Of a stretch of DNA of 64,000 nucleotides, positions 17,760-27,879 are shown piece by piece. Position 1 is the first letter of the stretch, and each line of letters begins with the position of its first letter. Position numbers and translations under genes: made by a program. The notes below the pieces were generated by a model that was not told the DNA's origin, searched no databases, and was given only the letters and a program-made list of their open reading frames with translations. Source of the DNA: an uncultured Gemmatimonadaceae bacterium (GTDB lineage Bacteria > Gemmatimonadota > Gemmatimonadetes > Gemmatimonadales > Gemmatimonadaceae); NCBI GenBank assembly GCA_963761305.1, contig CAVXGK010000002.1, positions 3,264,001-3,328,000 on the forward strand, read 5' to 3'.

Positions 17760-18290
17760 TCAGAGCGCGGCGAGCTTGCGAACCGTCGTGATGTTGCGGG
17801 CCGTCGTAGGCATGCCGAGCAGTTTGTCGAGCGTGCCTTTGAATTCCGACCCGTTGATGTCGCTGTGGCGGAGCCAATAGACCTCACGTCCGTGGAGGTG
17901 GAAGTCGTCGGTCGCGCAGCGCGCCGCCATCAACGCGTCGGCGGCGGCTCGACTCGGTTTCTGCTTGAGAAACGCGATCCAGAGCGCTCTGGCGGCCTCG
18001 ACCTTGGCGGCCGGAAAGCCCCCGTCGTGCGCGATCACCGCCTCGAGATCGGCTCGCGAGCGCGTGAAGGTATCCGTCGCAAAGCCCAGTCGCGCGTGAA
18101 GATGTCGTTCAATCTTGGCTTCCAACTTGGCGGCGTCGGCCGTGGTGGCATCGAACGTGACGTTACCGCTCGCAATGAGCGTCGCGACGTTGCTGAAGCC
18201 GAGCTCGACAAACAGCGAGCGCAGGTGGTCCATCTTCACCGTGCGGCCGCCGACGTTGATCGCTCGCAACAGAGCAATGTGCCGGGGCAT
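17760..18290 (-). CDS. DUF1697 domain-containing protein
   Basis: IALLRAINVGG, TLIASGNV and TARNITTVRKL signature; ATG 18290 with GAGG SD. Confidence 0.88.
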   Translation of the reverse strand: MPRHIALLRAINVGGRTVKMDHLRSLFVELGFSNVATLIASGNVTFDATTADAAKLEAKIERHLHARLGFATDTFTRSRADLEAVIAHDGGFPAAKVEAARALWIAFLKQKPSRAAADALMAARCATDDFHLHGREVYWLRHSDINGSEFKGTLDKLLGMPTTARNITTVRKLAAL

Positions 18291-18425
18291 TCGACCTCTC
18301 TGGAGGTTCTTCGCTAGAATCGCGTCACGGCCGAACTCGCCTAACCACCATGGCGCGAAGAAATTGAATGATATCACACCCGTTCTCGGCGAATCGAGTC
18401 CCCACGTCCGACTCGATTCGACGGT

Positions 18426-20090
18426 TTGCGAGCGTGTGAACGCGGAGCGGTAAAGTTGCGAGCATTCGAAACCAATTCCGGCAATTCGCGACCGGTTACT
18501 TCGAGCGGTTCAGCGCGGCCTGCGGGTGAGCGCGCGGTCCCGCCCACGCACGTCGTGCAGTTCTGCGACGACGATCGGGCGCTGACGGCCTCCGCGGCGA
18601 GCTTTCTCGCCGAGGGAATCGCGGCTGGAGAGCCGGCGGTGGCGTTCGCTACACCGGCGCGTCGCGAAGCGATGCGTGACTGTCTTCGTGACCGCGGGCT
18701 CGACGTCAACTATCTCGAGCGACAGTCGCGTCTGACCGTCCTCGACGCGCGTGCGACGCTGGCGACCTTCATGTGCGACGACATGCCCGACGCGCACAAG
18801 TTCAGCCACTCGGTCGGCGCCGCCATCGAAAGGCTGTGCGCCGCGAACGCCGGCAGCCCCATTCGCGCGTTCGGCGAGATGGTCAGCCTTCTCTGGCAGG
18901 ACGGGAACACGCGCGCCGCCGTTCGGCTCGAGGAGCTGTGGAACGACCTGGCGGCGATTCTTCCGATCTCACTGCTTTGCAGCTACGCGGGCGGCGAATT
19001 CCTGACGGCGACAGGCGACGAGGACCGCGAGCGCATCTGTCGGCTCCACACACATATCCTCGACACCGGCTCGCAGTTGGTAGCCGATTCGACGCTTCCG
19101 GCCTATCGCTCGCTCACCGCGCGAACTCTGGCGCTCGAAAAGCAGTTGGAAGACCGTACGGCACTCGAGGCACGGCTCAAAGATGCGCTCGCCGCGCGGA
19201 AGGTCGCCGAGGAGGAGCTGCAGCGCGCCGCCGTCGAACGCGAACGGCTCCTTCAGCGAGAGCGCGAAGCGCGCGCCGAAGCGGAATCGGCCAATCGCGC
19301 GAAAGCGGAGTTCCTCTCGGTGATGAGCCACGAGTTGCGCACGCCCCTCAACGCGATCGGCGGTCACGTGCAGCTCATCGAGCTCGAGCTCCATGGACCG
19401 GTGACCTCGGCGCAGCGCGACGCCTTGACGCGCATCGCGAAGAGTCAGCGGCATCTCCTCATGCTCGTGAACGATGTGCTCAACCTGGCGCGCATCGAGA
19501 CGGGGCAGATGGAATACGCCGTCGAAGAGCTCGATCTTGAGACGGCGGCGCGACAGGTCGTGGGTGCGATGCAGCCCCTCTTCGAGCGCAGCGAGCTGAC
19601 CTGTCACGTGCAGCCTGCGTCAGCCGACGTCGCGCCGCTGGTCGTCTCGGCCGATGGCGAAAAAGTGCGGCAGATTCTGATCAACCTGCTCACCAACGCC
19701 ATCAAGTTCACCCGGTCAGGCGGCTGTGTGACGGTCAGCGTCGGACCATCGCCCAGGAACCCGAGTCACGTCGCCGTGACCGTCAGCGACACCGGCCTCG
19801 GGATCGCGCTGGTGCGACTACGTCATGTCTTCGAGCCGTTCGGACAAGAGCCGCGCTCGACGACGCATCATCTCGACGGCACGGGCCTCAGCCTCGCGAT
19901 CAGCCGCGATCTCGCCCGCGGCATGGGCGGCGAGTTGTCGGCCGAGAGCGTGCCGGGCGAGGGCTCGACGTTCATCTTCGATTTGCCGCGCGCCGTCGCC
20001 GCGCCGATCGTTGCCGATCCGCCGGTCTCCACACGAACGCGTCGTGCGGCTCCGGAAGGCGATTCCGTTCAGCCCGCGGCGAAGTCGTAA
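18426..20090 (+). CDS. Sensor histidine kinase with N-terminal MEDS domain (start uncertain)
   Basis: HVVQF...IRAFGEMVSLLW...LEELWN...LLCSY (MEDS); SHELRTPLN H-box; NLLTNAIKFT, DTGLGI and GTGLSL boxes. Confidence 0.9.
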   Translation: MRACERGAVKLRAFETNSGNSRPVTSSGSARPAGERAVPPTHVVQFCDDDRALTASAASFLAEGIAAGEPAVAFATPARREAMRDCLRDRGLDVNYLERQSRLTVLDARATLATFMCDDMPDAHKFSHSVGAAIERLCAANAGSPIRAFGEMVSLLWQDGNTRAAVRLEELWNDLAAILPISLLCSYAGGEFLTATGDEDRERICRLHTHILDTGSQLVADSTLPAYRSLTARTLALEKQLEDRTALEARLKDALAARKVAEEELQRAAVERERLLQREREARAEAESANRAKAEFLSVMSHELRTPLNAIGGHVQLIELELHGPVTSAQRDALTRIAKSQRHLLMLVNDVLNLARIETGQMEYAVEELDLETAARQVVGAMQPLFERSELTCHVQPASADVAPLVVSADGEKVRQILINLLTNAIKFTRSGGCVTVSVGPSPRNPSHVAVTVSDTGLGIALVRLRHVFEPFGQEPRSTTHHLDGTGLSLAISRDLARGMGGELSAESVPGEGSTFIFDLPRAVAAPIVADPPVSTRTRRAAPEGDSVQPAAKS

Positions 20091-20473
20091 TCGAATTCGT
20101 ACGAGTGCTTCTTGCCTTCGATGATGATCGCGAACTTGCCCGACAGTCCGGAGAGAGCGCCCGTGCCCGTCTCCGGCACGACGTGAATCGCGAGGCTGTT
20201 GACGCCGCGGTGCATCGTGGCCGTGTGCTGAAGCACGAACGAACCCTCGCGGCCCGCAAGCGCGCCGGTCACGCGCTCCATGGCGACGTAGCCCGCTGAG
20301 CCCTTCGCCGGAGATCCCGCGCTCAGCATGAGGCCGCGGCTGATGCCCGCGAGATCTCCGCTGAACTGTTTGTCGAACGAAAAGCGTCCGAGCGGATTCC
20401 CACTCCCGTCGTCGTCCTGGGGCTCCACCGCCATCTTGACCTCGAACGTTCCAATCGCACGCGGCACGATCAC
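20069..20473 (-). CDS. DUF3224 domain-containing protein
   Basis: GTFEVK, FSGDLAG, GYVAMERVTG, GSFVLQH and GTGALSGLSG pattern; coupled to the acylase stop. Confidence 0.87.
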   Translation of the reverse strand: MIVPRAIGTFEVKMAVEPQDDDGSGNPLGRFSFDKQFSGDLAGISRGLMLSAGSPAKGSAGYVAMERVTGALAGREGSFVLQHTATMHRGVNSLAIHVVPETGTGALSGLSGKFAIIIEGKKHSYEFDYDFAAG

Positions 20474-22689
20474 TCTCCCGGGTGGTAGACGCGCTCGGTG
20501 TGAGCCTTGAGCTGCGACGAATAGAAGTAGACTTCGCGCAAATCGCCGCTCGCGTAACGCGTGGCCTCGTCGTCGAAATGCTTCGACTTTGTGTCGCCGC
20601 TCTCACCGCCGGCCGTCACGGCGCGGGCGCGGATGCTGTCGCCGAATTCGATGACCGCGACGAAGCTGTTGCCGCTCGTGCCATACCACTTCTTGGTGTT
20701 CGGATAGGCGCGCGCGCCGAACGACGCGAGTGTGCCCCACCGCGCCGACGCGAAGGGAACCGGAATGCTCGGACCGGCGTCGGTGAATTGCGGGTTGATG
20801 TCGTCGGTGATGCGCTGGAAGCGATTGATGTCGCCCCACGGCGTCTTCCACGTGCCGAAGTCGGAGGCGAGCTTGTCGCTCGCCGCGGCGAGTGACAGCA
20901 ACAGCGTCTCCGCCGGCGCCGCGGCGACTTGATCCTCGGGCTGTCCGCCGCCACCGCTACCGCCACCACGACGGCCGCGGCTCACGCGACGCGTGACGTC
21001 CTCACCGAAGAAGACGGCGAGCGACGTCGCGACGGAATTCGCGCCCCAGCGATAGTCCCACGGACGCAGCACGGCGATCTGGTCGGCCAGCTTCGCCTTG
21101 AGCGGATCGGACGCCGGCGCGGCGTCGTACGCCTTGATGAGCGGCGGAATCATTCGCTCGAACGACGGCATGTAGCTGTCGAACGCGACCGTCGTGAGCA
21201 GGTTGTTCATCGTGAAATCCTTGCGGCCCGGCAGCACCTTGAGGGCGTGATATCCCCGCGGCGCCTCGGCGCGGCCCATCTCGACGTAGGCCGGGAAGTC
21301 CGATTGCTTGGGGCTCGACGGTCCCGCCGCGGACCACGGCCAGTTGTTGCTGTTGAAGATCCAGCCACTCGCCGGGTTGAGCAGGTGCGGCGTCTCGTCG
21401 ACGGAGAGGAGACCCTTGTAATCGGTCGCCGGATCGCTGCCGTCGACGGGCTTCGTCCAGTCGAATTTCGGATCGCGCTTCGGGATGTAGTTGCCGTGGA
21501 AGTACGCGATGTCACCCTGCGTGCTGGCGAAGATCGTGTTGTTCGACGAGTTCGTGTGCAGCTCGAGCGACTGGCGGAACGACTTGTAGTCGGTCGCCTT
21601 CGTGCGGGTGTAAGACTGCGTGAGCGCTTTTATCGGCTCGTTCATCAGGCTGATCGAGACCCACTTTCCGTTCAACTCGCGCACCACCGGACCGTGTTGC
21701 GTGCGATAGACGGTGAACTCCTTGTTCGCCATGCCCCCCCCCGACGCCGTCTTGTAGGGCACGTTGATCTTCCACGATGCGACCGGCAGCTCCTGGTCGC
21801 CGTGCTTGTAGACGTAGCCGTCGCCCTTCTTCGTGACCGTCTCGAGGAAATCGTCGATCGCGTCCACGCCGCTCGACGTGTGCATCCATCCGACGTGCGG
21901 ATTGAATCCCTGGTAGACGAAGATCTGACCCCACGTGACCGCTCCGTAGGCGTTCAGCCCTTCGTCGCTCGACACCTGCACTTCCGACCGGAAGAAGAAT
22001 GACGTGTGCGGGTTGATCAGCAGCAGCGCGTGATGGTTGACGGTATTCGCCGGCGAAATGGCGATGCCGTTCGATCCGCTCGGTTCCTTGTACAACTCCT
22101 CGTCGTCATCGGCGCTGCCGCTCCCCGACGTGTTCGCCGACGCGTGACCACCGTAGAACGCCTCGAGCTCCTGGAGGTTCACCTTCTCGACGTCGCCGCC
22201 GATGCTGCCTTCGGTGAACGAGAGCGCCATCCACGGCTCAAAATGCTTGATGACGCGCGGCGTGACGCCGGGATGCGTCGCCAGATAGTAGTTGAGTCCG
22301 TCCGCATACGCGTTCATCAACTTCTTCAACCACTCCGGACTCTTGCCGTAGAGCGCCTTGAGTGTGTCGGCGTTGATGAAGAGCTTCATGCGCAGATCGC
22401 GATAGACCTGCGTTTCGCCTTCCGCCTCGGCGAGCCGGCCCATCGCGTTGAGGTAGTTGGTTTCGACGCGGTTGAAGTCGTCCTCGGCTTGCGCGTACTC
22501 GAGCCCGAACACGGCGTCCGCGTCGGTCTTGCCGTGGATGTGCGCGATGCCCCAATCGTCGCGCGTGATCGTGACGTTCTGCGCTTCGTGCTTCCACGCG
22601 GCCAGCTCGGCGGCGGTCGGCTGCTGCGCGGCGCTCGACACGGCGAGCGTGGGAACGGCGGCGGCGATGAGGATGAGCACCTTCTTCAT
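20470..22689 (-). CDS. Penicillin acylase family Ntn-hydrolase (peptidase S45), secreted
   Basis: Signal peptide; ITRDDWGIAHI, YAQAED, GSNG (Ser nucleophile), LLINPH and GNSFVAVIEFG motifs. Confidence 0.93.
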   Translation of the reverse strand: MKKVLILIAAAVPTLAVSSAAQQPTAAELAAWKHEAQNVTITRDDWGIAHIHGKTDADAVFGLEYAQAEDDFNRVETNYLNAMGRLAEAEGETQVYRDLRMKLFINADTLKALYGKSPEWLKKLMNAYADGLNYYLATHPGVTPRVIKHFEPWMALSFTEGSIGGDVEKVNLQELEAFYGGHASANTSGSGSADDDEELYKEPSGSNGIAISPANTVNHHALLLINPHTSFFFRSEVQVSSDEGLNAYGAVTWGQIFVYQGFNPHVGWMHTSSGVDAIDDFLETVTKKGDGYVYKHGDQELPVASWKINVPYKTASGGGMANKEFTVYRTQHGPVVRELNGKWVSISLMNEPIKALTQSYTRTKATDYKSFRQSLELHTNSSNNTIFASTQGDIAYFHGNYIPKRDPKFDWTKPVDGSDPATDYKGLLSVDETPHLLNPASGWIFNSNNWPWSAAGPSSPKQSDFPAYVEMGRAEAPRGYHALKVLPGRKDFTMNNLLTTVAFDSYMPSFERMIPPLIKAYDAAPASDPLKAKLADQIAVLRPWDYRWGANSVATSLAVFFGEDVTRRVSRGRRGGGSGGGGQPEDQVAAAPAETLLLSLAAASDKLASDFGTWKTPWGDINRFQRITDDINPQFTDAGPSIPVPFASARWGTLASFGARAYPNTKKWYGTSGNSFVAVIEFGDSIRARAVTAGGESGDTKSKHFDDEATRYASGDLREVYFYSSQLKAHTERVYHPGE

Positions 22690-22879
22690 GGCGGGTCCTG
22701 TCTGTCTCTTATGGTATGGAAGCTGTCGCGGTCCGCGTCGCCGCGGCCGTGTCGGAGTGGCTTTTGGGTAGGGGAAACGCTACGCGGCGAGCGGTGGAAT
22801 TGCCAGAACGCCGGGGGCTGCCTCTCAGTGGATGCCCGAGTTGGGCTCGCCGCCGAGGTCGGCATCGATGGCCCGCGCG

Positions 22880-23380
22880 TCACTTCGCGGCACGATCTCG
22901 AACTTCCTCGGACGTCAGCCCATAGATCGGCGGCGTCGGAACGCCGCGCAGACCGAGCATCATGTAAATCTGGCCGCGGTGGTGTGCCTCGTGCTCGAGC
23001 ATCGCGCGCAGCCACTTCCAGAGCGTGATCGACGTACCGGCGGGAGTCGCGACGCGCTGTTGGTAGGCTTCAGCGCTCAACGACTCGAAGATCTCGCGCG
23101 ATTCGCGATGCAGTCGTGCGTAGTAGTCGAGCACCGCGTCGTAACCGTCGGCGAGCTCGCGCTCGTGTCCGGGATATCGATTCGGCCGCCCCGCCGCCGC
23201 TTCCGCGTACATGTACCGTTCGACGCCGGCGAGATGGCGGATCATGTCACCGAAGGAGAAGCGTCCCGGGCCCGGCGTCCAGTCGAGATCGGCCCGCGGG
23301 ATGCACGCGATCACGCGCTCGGTCCGTTCGTGCATTCGCGCGTGGTAGTCGACGAAGACCTTCGGGTCGCGGATCTCCAT
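22880..23380 (-). CDS. DinB family protein
   Basis: SFGDMIRHLAGVE and EHEAHHRGQIYMML histidine triad pattern. Confidence 0.9.
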   Translation of the reverse strand: MEIRDPKVFVDYHARMHERTERVIACIPRADLDWTPGPGRFSFGDMIRHLAGVERYMYAEAAAGRPNRYPGHERELADGYDAVLDYYARLHRESREIFESLSAEAYQQRVATPAGTSITLWKWLRAMLEHEAHHRGQIYMMLGLRGVPTPPIYGLTSEEVRDRAAK

Positions 23381-23431
23381 GCCTGGGGCAATCTAGGCGC
23401 GTACCAAGCCGTCGGCCCGAGCCCACGCGAG

Positions 23432-23887
23432 TCACTCGGCTTCGTCGCGCGCCGCGTCGAGCTGATCCTCGAAGCGCGTGAGCTCTTCGGGCGTCAACAG
23501 CCTGCTCGCCACCCAATGGCTGAACGTGTCCGGAGTGGGCTCGTTGGGCGGGACTTCACCGCGCAGTACACGCTCGGCGAAGTCGCGCACCAAGGCGGCC
23601 TTCGCGATGTGCCAGAGCGAGACGGCGAACCCACGGGCGTTGAGCGGCTCGCGCCTCGGGGAACCACTCTCGCCGATGAGGCTCCGCAGGTAGGCCGCGA
23701 TGTGAACTTCGGTCGCGTCGGCCTCCACCATGCCGACGATCGTACCGGCGTGCGCCTCCAGCCACGGCTCGTCGCTCGGGTCGAACCGCTCGAAAAAATG
23801 GGCGAGCACGCGCCGCATCGTAGGAATCGGCGACTCGCCCCGGTCGACCCAATTGGCGGCTTTCTTATAGATGATCGTCGGTGGCAC
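23432..23887 (-). CDS. Hypothetical protein
   Basis: 151-aa ORF with protein-like composition, filling the gap between co-oriented genes. Confidence 0.65.
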   Translation of the reverse strand: MPPTIIYKKAANWVDRGESPIPTMRRVLAHFFERFDPSDEPWLEAHAGTIVGMVEADATEVHIAAYLRSLIGESGSPRREPLNARGFAVSLWHIAKAALVRDFAERVLRGEVPPNEPTPDTFSHWVASRLLTPEELTRFEDQLDAARDEAE

Positions 23888-23955
23888 TGGCCGTTTCGAT
23901 CGCTGGTTGATGGGATCTCCACAAGGGAAATCTTACAACCACGCGAGGTCGGCCG

Positions 23956-24531
23956 TCACCGGCCGCCGAGTCGCAGCTTCAAGCCGACCATCAGAAAAGC
24001 GTCGTGGACGTTCCACTTGTCGCCCCCGCCCTTGCTGACGAAATCGGTGAGCTCTCCGGCCACACCGACTGACCCGAGCATCACGTCGGCGCCAAGTCCG
24101 CCGTGCAAACCGAAGGCGTTGGTGTTGCCGCCGGTGAAGACGCTGGCGTCGTCGTCGTAGCGATAGAATTTCTCGCCCGCGCCGGCGATCACATACGGCT
24201 GCACGAACACCCTCGGCAGCGGCCGCAGAACGAGATCGGCCGTCGTCGCCAGCATCGACCCTTTGCCGATCGTCTGGCGGCTCGCGTTCTGGATCGTCGT
24301 GCCCGAGGCGTACGCCAGCGTCCCGCGAAGCATGCCGACATCGACGTCGGCGCCGAGTGAGAGGATGCCGTCGCGATTTCTGGCCAGCGTTTGCGCCCCG
24401 CTCGAAACCCGATGGATGTCGCTCGCCGCGATGTAGCCGCCGGCCATCGGAGTGATCGTCACCTGCGATACGGCAATCGGCGCGACGACTGCGACCAACG
24501 CGGCGCCCGAAATGAGTGCGCGAACGTGCAT
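23956..24531 (-). CDS. Small outer membrane beta-barrel protein (OmpA/OmpW-like transmembrane domain)
   Basis: GGAGG SD before ATG 24531; signal peptide; QPYVIAGAG, FGLHGGLGADV and terminal MVGLKLRL beta strands. Confidence 0.75.
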   Translation of the reverse strand: MHVRALISGAALVAVVAPIAVSQVTITPMAGGYIAASDIHRVSSGAQTLARNRDGILSLGADVDVGMLRGTLAYASGTTIQNASRQTIGKGSMLATTADLVLRPLPRVFVQPYVIAGAGEKFYRYDDDASVFTGGNTNAFGLHGGLGADVMLGSVGVAGELTDFVSKGGGDKWNVHDAFLMVGLKLRLGGR

Positions 24532-24692
24532 GCTGCCTCCTGCGTGATGCGTGAGGACAACCCGGCCTCCGCCCATGGGCGGGACAACCCAGATCGGTAC
24601 CCGACACGCATTGGATGGGTTCTCTCGTCAGTCGGCACCATGCGAAATCGAGGCCCCGAGGACGCACCCGTGTAACAAACGCCAGTCTTCGG

Positions 24693-27587
24693 CTAGAACC
24701 CGAACTTCACGCCGACGATGAAGCTCCGCCCGTACACCTCGCGCTGAATGTCGTGCACGGATCCGGGCGTGCCATTGAAAAATCCGAATACGGCGTTGTT
24801 GAGATCGAGTCCCTGAATCTGAAGCTGCGCCCCGCGACTCACGTTGATCCCCACTGACGCATCGAGCTGCGCGTGCGAATATAGGTACGTATCGCCGTTC
24901 GCCGTCGACGTTCCGTCGCCATACGAGTAGATGCTCTGTCCCTGGTACTGCCACGCGACGCGTGCCGACACGCGACCGAGGTCGTACGTGCCGGCGATGT
25001 TGGCGATGTTCTCGGACTGCCGCGGCAGCGGCGCGTACCGAACGGTCGGATGTCCGAGGGTCGTCGCGCTCGAGGCGGTGTCGGACAGCAATTGCGCCCG
25101 GCTGTCGGCGTGCGTCCAGTTGACGTCGAATCCGAGACCCGCCAGGTAGCCCGGAAGCATGTACAACCGCTGCGTGTAGCTCGCCTCGGTGCCGAGCAGC
25201 ATCGCGTTGCCGCCGTTCTCGGGCTCCGTGCCCAGATAGCCGTCGAAATCGGTGACCGGACCGTTGTAGACGAAATCGCGGTCGTAGATGAAGCCGCTGA
25301 TCTGCTTGTAGAAGATGCCGCCGGAGATCAAGCCAGACGCGGTGAGATAGTGCTCGCCAAGCAGGTCGAAGTTCCACGCGCGCTGCGGCTTGAGATCCGG
25401 ATTGCCCGCCGACAGGTTGCCGAAGTCGGTCTTGCACGCCGCGCAGACGGTGCCGGTGAGGTGGGGCGCGAGGTCGATGTAGTTCGGCCGGGCGATGCCG
25501 CGCGTCACGGCGAACCGGATGTCGCTCCGGTCGTCGAGCGAGTACTTGACCTGCACGCTCGGGAAGAGGTCCAAATACGTCTGCGATCCCGGCGTCGTCG
25601 TCACCGACGTCGTGCCGCCGTCCGGCGTGTCCGCGACGTGTCCGGTGTAGGTCGAGTTCGTAAGCTCGGCGCGGATGCCGACGTTGACGTGCATCGCTCC
25701 GAAGTCAGAGGTCTGCATCGCGTAGGCGGAGCTGATCGTCTCGCCGCCGTTGTAGCTCGCCAACTGGTTGTCGACGACGTCCGTCTTGTTCTTGAACGCC
25801 CCGGGATTCGCGTTCTCATACGATTCGATCGCGCCGAAGCTCGCCTGCGGCCCCATCAGGAAGCCCGGCGAGATGGTCGTGTAGAAACTCGGGTCGCTAT
25901 AGCTCCCGACCACCTTGTCCATGGTGAGCGGCGAGATCGCGTTGAAGGTTGCGGCATTCGACACGAACGACTTCTCCTCGTACCGCAGCTTGAGCCCGAA
26001 CTGGAGCGTGCTCGCCGTCGTACCCATGCTATAGCGAGACGTGGCATCGAGGTGCGCGCCGATGTCGTGGCCGAGGGCGCTGCCGTCACTCAGTTTGTAC
26101 TTGGTGAGCGCGTAGTTCGCCGGGTTGAGCGCCGCGACCGAATCCGCAGGATTCACGAATCGATAACGCGGCGTGTTCGGGTCGGACATGTCGTAGTGCA
26201 GCGGCACGCCGTTGCCGTCCGGGCCGTCGTACTCGAAGTCATTCGTCCGATAGTTCTTTTCGAGCTGGCTCGTACCGGCGAAATCGACGCCGTACGACAG
26301 CGAGACAGGCACGGTCGGCGACTGACCGGTGAGCGACACGCCGTACATGCGCTCGTCCGGCGTGCGATGCGATACCTCGCGCACGAACGTCGCCCCGGGG
26401 GCGTATCCCGTCGCGCCGGTCGGGAGCGAGTCGTCACCGCCGCCCGCCGCGTCGAATCGGTAGCGCGTTCCGAAGTTGCGGAACGCGCTGTACAGGCCGC
26501 GAAACGCGAGCGTGCTGCCGCCGTCGAACCTGTAGTCGAAGGCGCCGGTGCCGCCGGCGCGCGTGCGCCCGTAGACGTAGTCGCGCTGATCCCATTCGAC
26601 GGGGAACGACCGCGAGCCGTCCACGCTCCACGCCGGCTCCACGTCCTCGATCGAACGATTGTTGCGGTCGAACGTAAAACCGAGCAGGGCGCCCACCTTC
26701 TGCTGCTCGCCGAAACGGCCACCGTACATCAGGCTCCACTGTCCCTGTCGCGCATCGAGCTGCGATTGTTGGCCGCCCTGCAGCGCGACGTACCCACGCG
26801 GTGGGCCCTCGGGAAGCTTCGTCACCATGTTGACCGAGCCGCCGATCGCGTCGGCGTCCATGTCGGCTCGCAACGTCTTGGACACCTCGAGTGCGCCCAG
26901 CAAATCGGACGGAACGTCGTCGAGTTTCGGAACGCGATCGGTGTCCTCGGTGCCGGGGACGTGCGCGCCGTTGATCGTCACGTTGGAGAGGCGCGGCTCG
27001 GTGCCGCGGATCTGCACGAACTTTCCTTCACCCTCGTCGCGTTCCGTCGAGATGCCGGGCATGCGCGCGAGTGCCTCGGCCGCGTTCGCGTTGGGCAGCG
27101 AGCGAATCTCGTCTCCCGACTGGACGACCATGATGTTGTCGGCCTGATCCCGCTTCGCGAGCGCCGCTTCGCGCGTCTCGTTGAGCCGCGGCGACTCCTT
27201 GACGACGACGCCGGCCAGCACCGCGGCCGCGCTGCGCATCACGCGATCGGGCATCGTGACGACACTCGATCCGATCGTGACCGAGAACGTGTCCGACGCG
27301 AATCCAAGACGCCGCACACTGACCGTGTACGAACCGGACGCGATCGACTCGACGCGGTATCGTCCTCCGCCGTCCGTCACGCCGCCGTAGGGCGTGTTGT
27401 TGAGGTGGACGACGGCTCCGGCGACACCCGCGCCGAGCGAGTCGGTGAGGCGTCCGGCGAGAGCGCCTCTCGTGGGCGATTGCGCGCCGAGCCAGCACAT
27501 CGGCGCCAAGACGAGTGACGCAATGACCAGCCGTGCGTGCCGGCCGGGGGGCCGTACGCGAGCGATGAGAGCATTCTGATGTGGCAT
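24693..27587 (-). CDS. TonB-dependent receptor with N-terminal carboxypeptidase-regulatory-like domain
   Basis: NAAEALARMPGIS, IRGTEPR and DAIGGSVN plug motifs; GNPDLKP; C-terminal YGRSFIVGVKFGF. Confidence 0.95.
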   Translation of the reverse strand: MPHQNALIARVRPPGRHARLVIASLVLAPMCWLGAQSPTRGALAGRLTDSLGAGVAGAVVHLNNTPYGGVTDGGGRYRVESIASGSYTVSVRRLGFASDTFSVTIGSSVVTMPDRVMRSAAAVLAGVVVKESPRLNETREAALAKRDQADNIMVVQSGDEIRSLPNANAAEALARMPGISTERDEGEGKFVQIRGTEPRLSNVTINGAHVPGTEDTDRVPKLDDVPSDLLGALEVSKTLRADMDADAIGGSVNMVTKLPEGPPRGYVALQGGQQSQLDARQGQWSLMYGGRFGEQQKVGALLGFTFDRNNRSIEDVEPAWSVDGSRSFPVEWDQRDYVYGRTRAGGTGAFDYRFDGGSTLAFRGLYSAFRNFGTRYRFDAAGGGDDSLPTGATGYAPGATFVREVSHRTPDERMYGVSLTGQSPTVPVSLSYGVDFAGTSQLEKNYRTNDFEYDGPDGNGVPLHYDMSDPNTPRYRFVNPADSVAALNPANYALTKYKLSDGSALGHDIGAHLDATSRYSMGTTASTLQFGLKLRYEEKSFVSNAATFNAISPLTMDKVVGSYSDPSFYTTISPGFLMGPQASFGAIESYENANPGAFKNKTDVVDNQLASYNGGETISSAYAMQTSDFGAMHVNVGIRAELTNSTYTGHVADTPDGGTTSVTTTPGSQTYLDLFPSVQVKYSLDDRSDIRFAVTRGIARPNYIDLAPHLTGTVCAACKTDFGNLSAGNPDLKPQRAWNFDLLGEHYLTASGLISGGIFYKQISGFIYDRDFVYNGPVTDFDGYLGTEPENGGNAMLLGTEASYTQRLYMLPGYLAGLGFDVNWTHADSRAQLLSDTASSATTLGHPTVRYAPLPRQSENIANIAGTYDLGRVSARVAWQYQGQSIYSYGDGTSTANGDTYLYSHAQLDASVGINVSRGAQLQIQGLDLNNAVFGFFNGTPGSVHDIQREVYGRSFIVGVKFGF

Positions 27588-27727
27588 CGGAGACTCGGAG
27601 GCAGGGTAGTGATACGTGCGGCCACTTCGCCGCCCTCCGAATAACCCGCCGTCTCCCCATCACTCGGCGATCAACGAGTCACGGTGCTGGAGTATCGGCG
27701 TCACGAACGGTGCGGTGCTTTGGCGGT

Positions 27728-27843
27728 GCCGCGATACGCCACCGAAACCCGATTATCAGGGCACCGACAGCTTGGGGTCACTCGTGCCTCTTCGCCGCGC
27801 CGCGATACACGACTGGCACCGGATTGTCAGGGCAGCGACAGCT
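27728..27843. repeat. Two 45-bp imperfect direct repeats with internal 11-nt periodicity upstream of the TonB-dependent receptor
   Basis: 27728-27772 versus 27799-27843: 37 of 45 positions identical by manual alignment. Confidence 0.75.
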
Positions 27844-27879
27844 CGCGCGTCAATCTCGTCTCGATGTGACTCCGTAGAA

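Noticed and set aside
21734..21742. G9 tract (coding strand) in the acylase as a phase-variation site
   Set aside because: The gene is in frame and such runs can arise by chance at this GC content; no read-level evidence available
20470..22689. Quorum-quenching AHL acylase assignment
   Set aside because: S45 family membership is clear, but substrate specificity cannot be read from the sequence
22832..24160. 442-aa plus-strand ORF spanning three minus-strand genes
   Set aside because: No motifs; the minus-strand genes explain the region
25050..27518. 822-aa plus-strand ORF antisense to the TonB-dependent receptor
   Set aside because: Shadow ORF caused by high-GC codon bias; Arg/Val-rich with no motifs
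27728..27843. Possible mini-CRISPR array
   Set aside because: Only two degenerate 45-nt units, a 26-nt gap, non-palindromic repeats and no cas genes in the window
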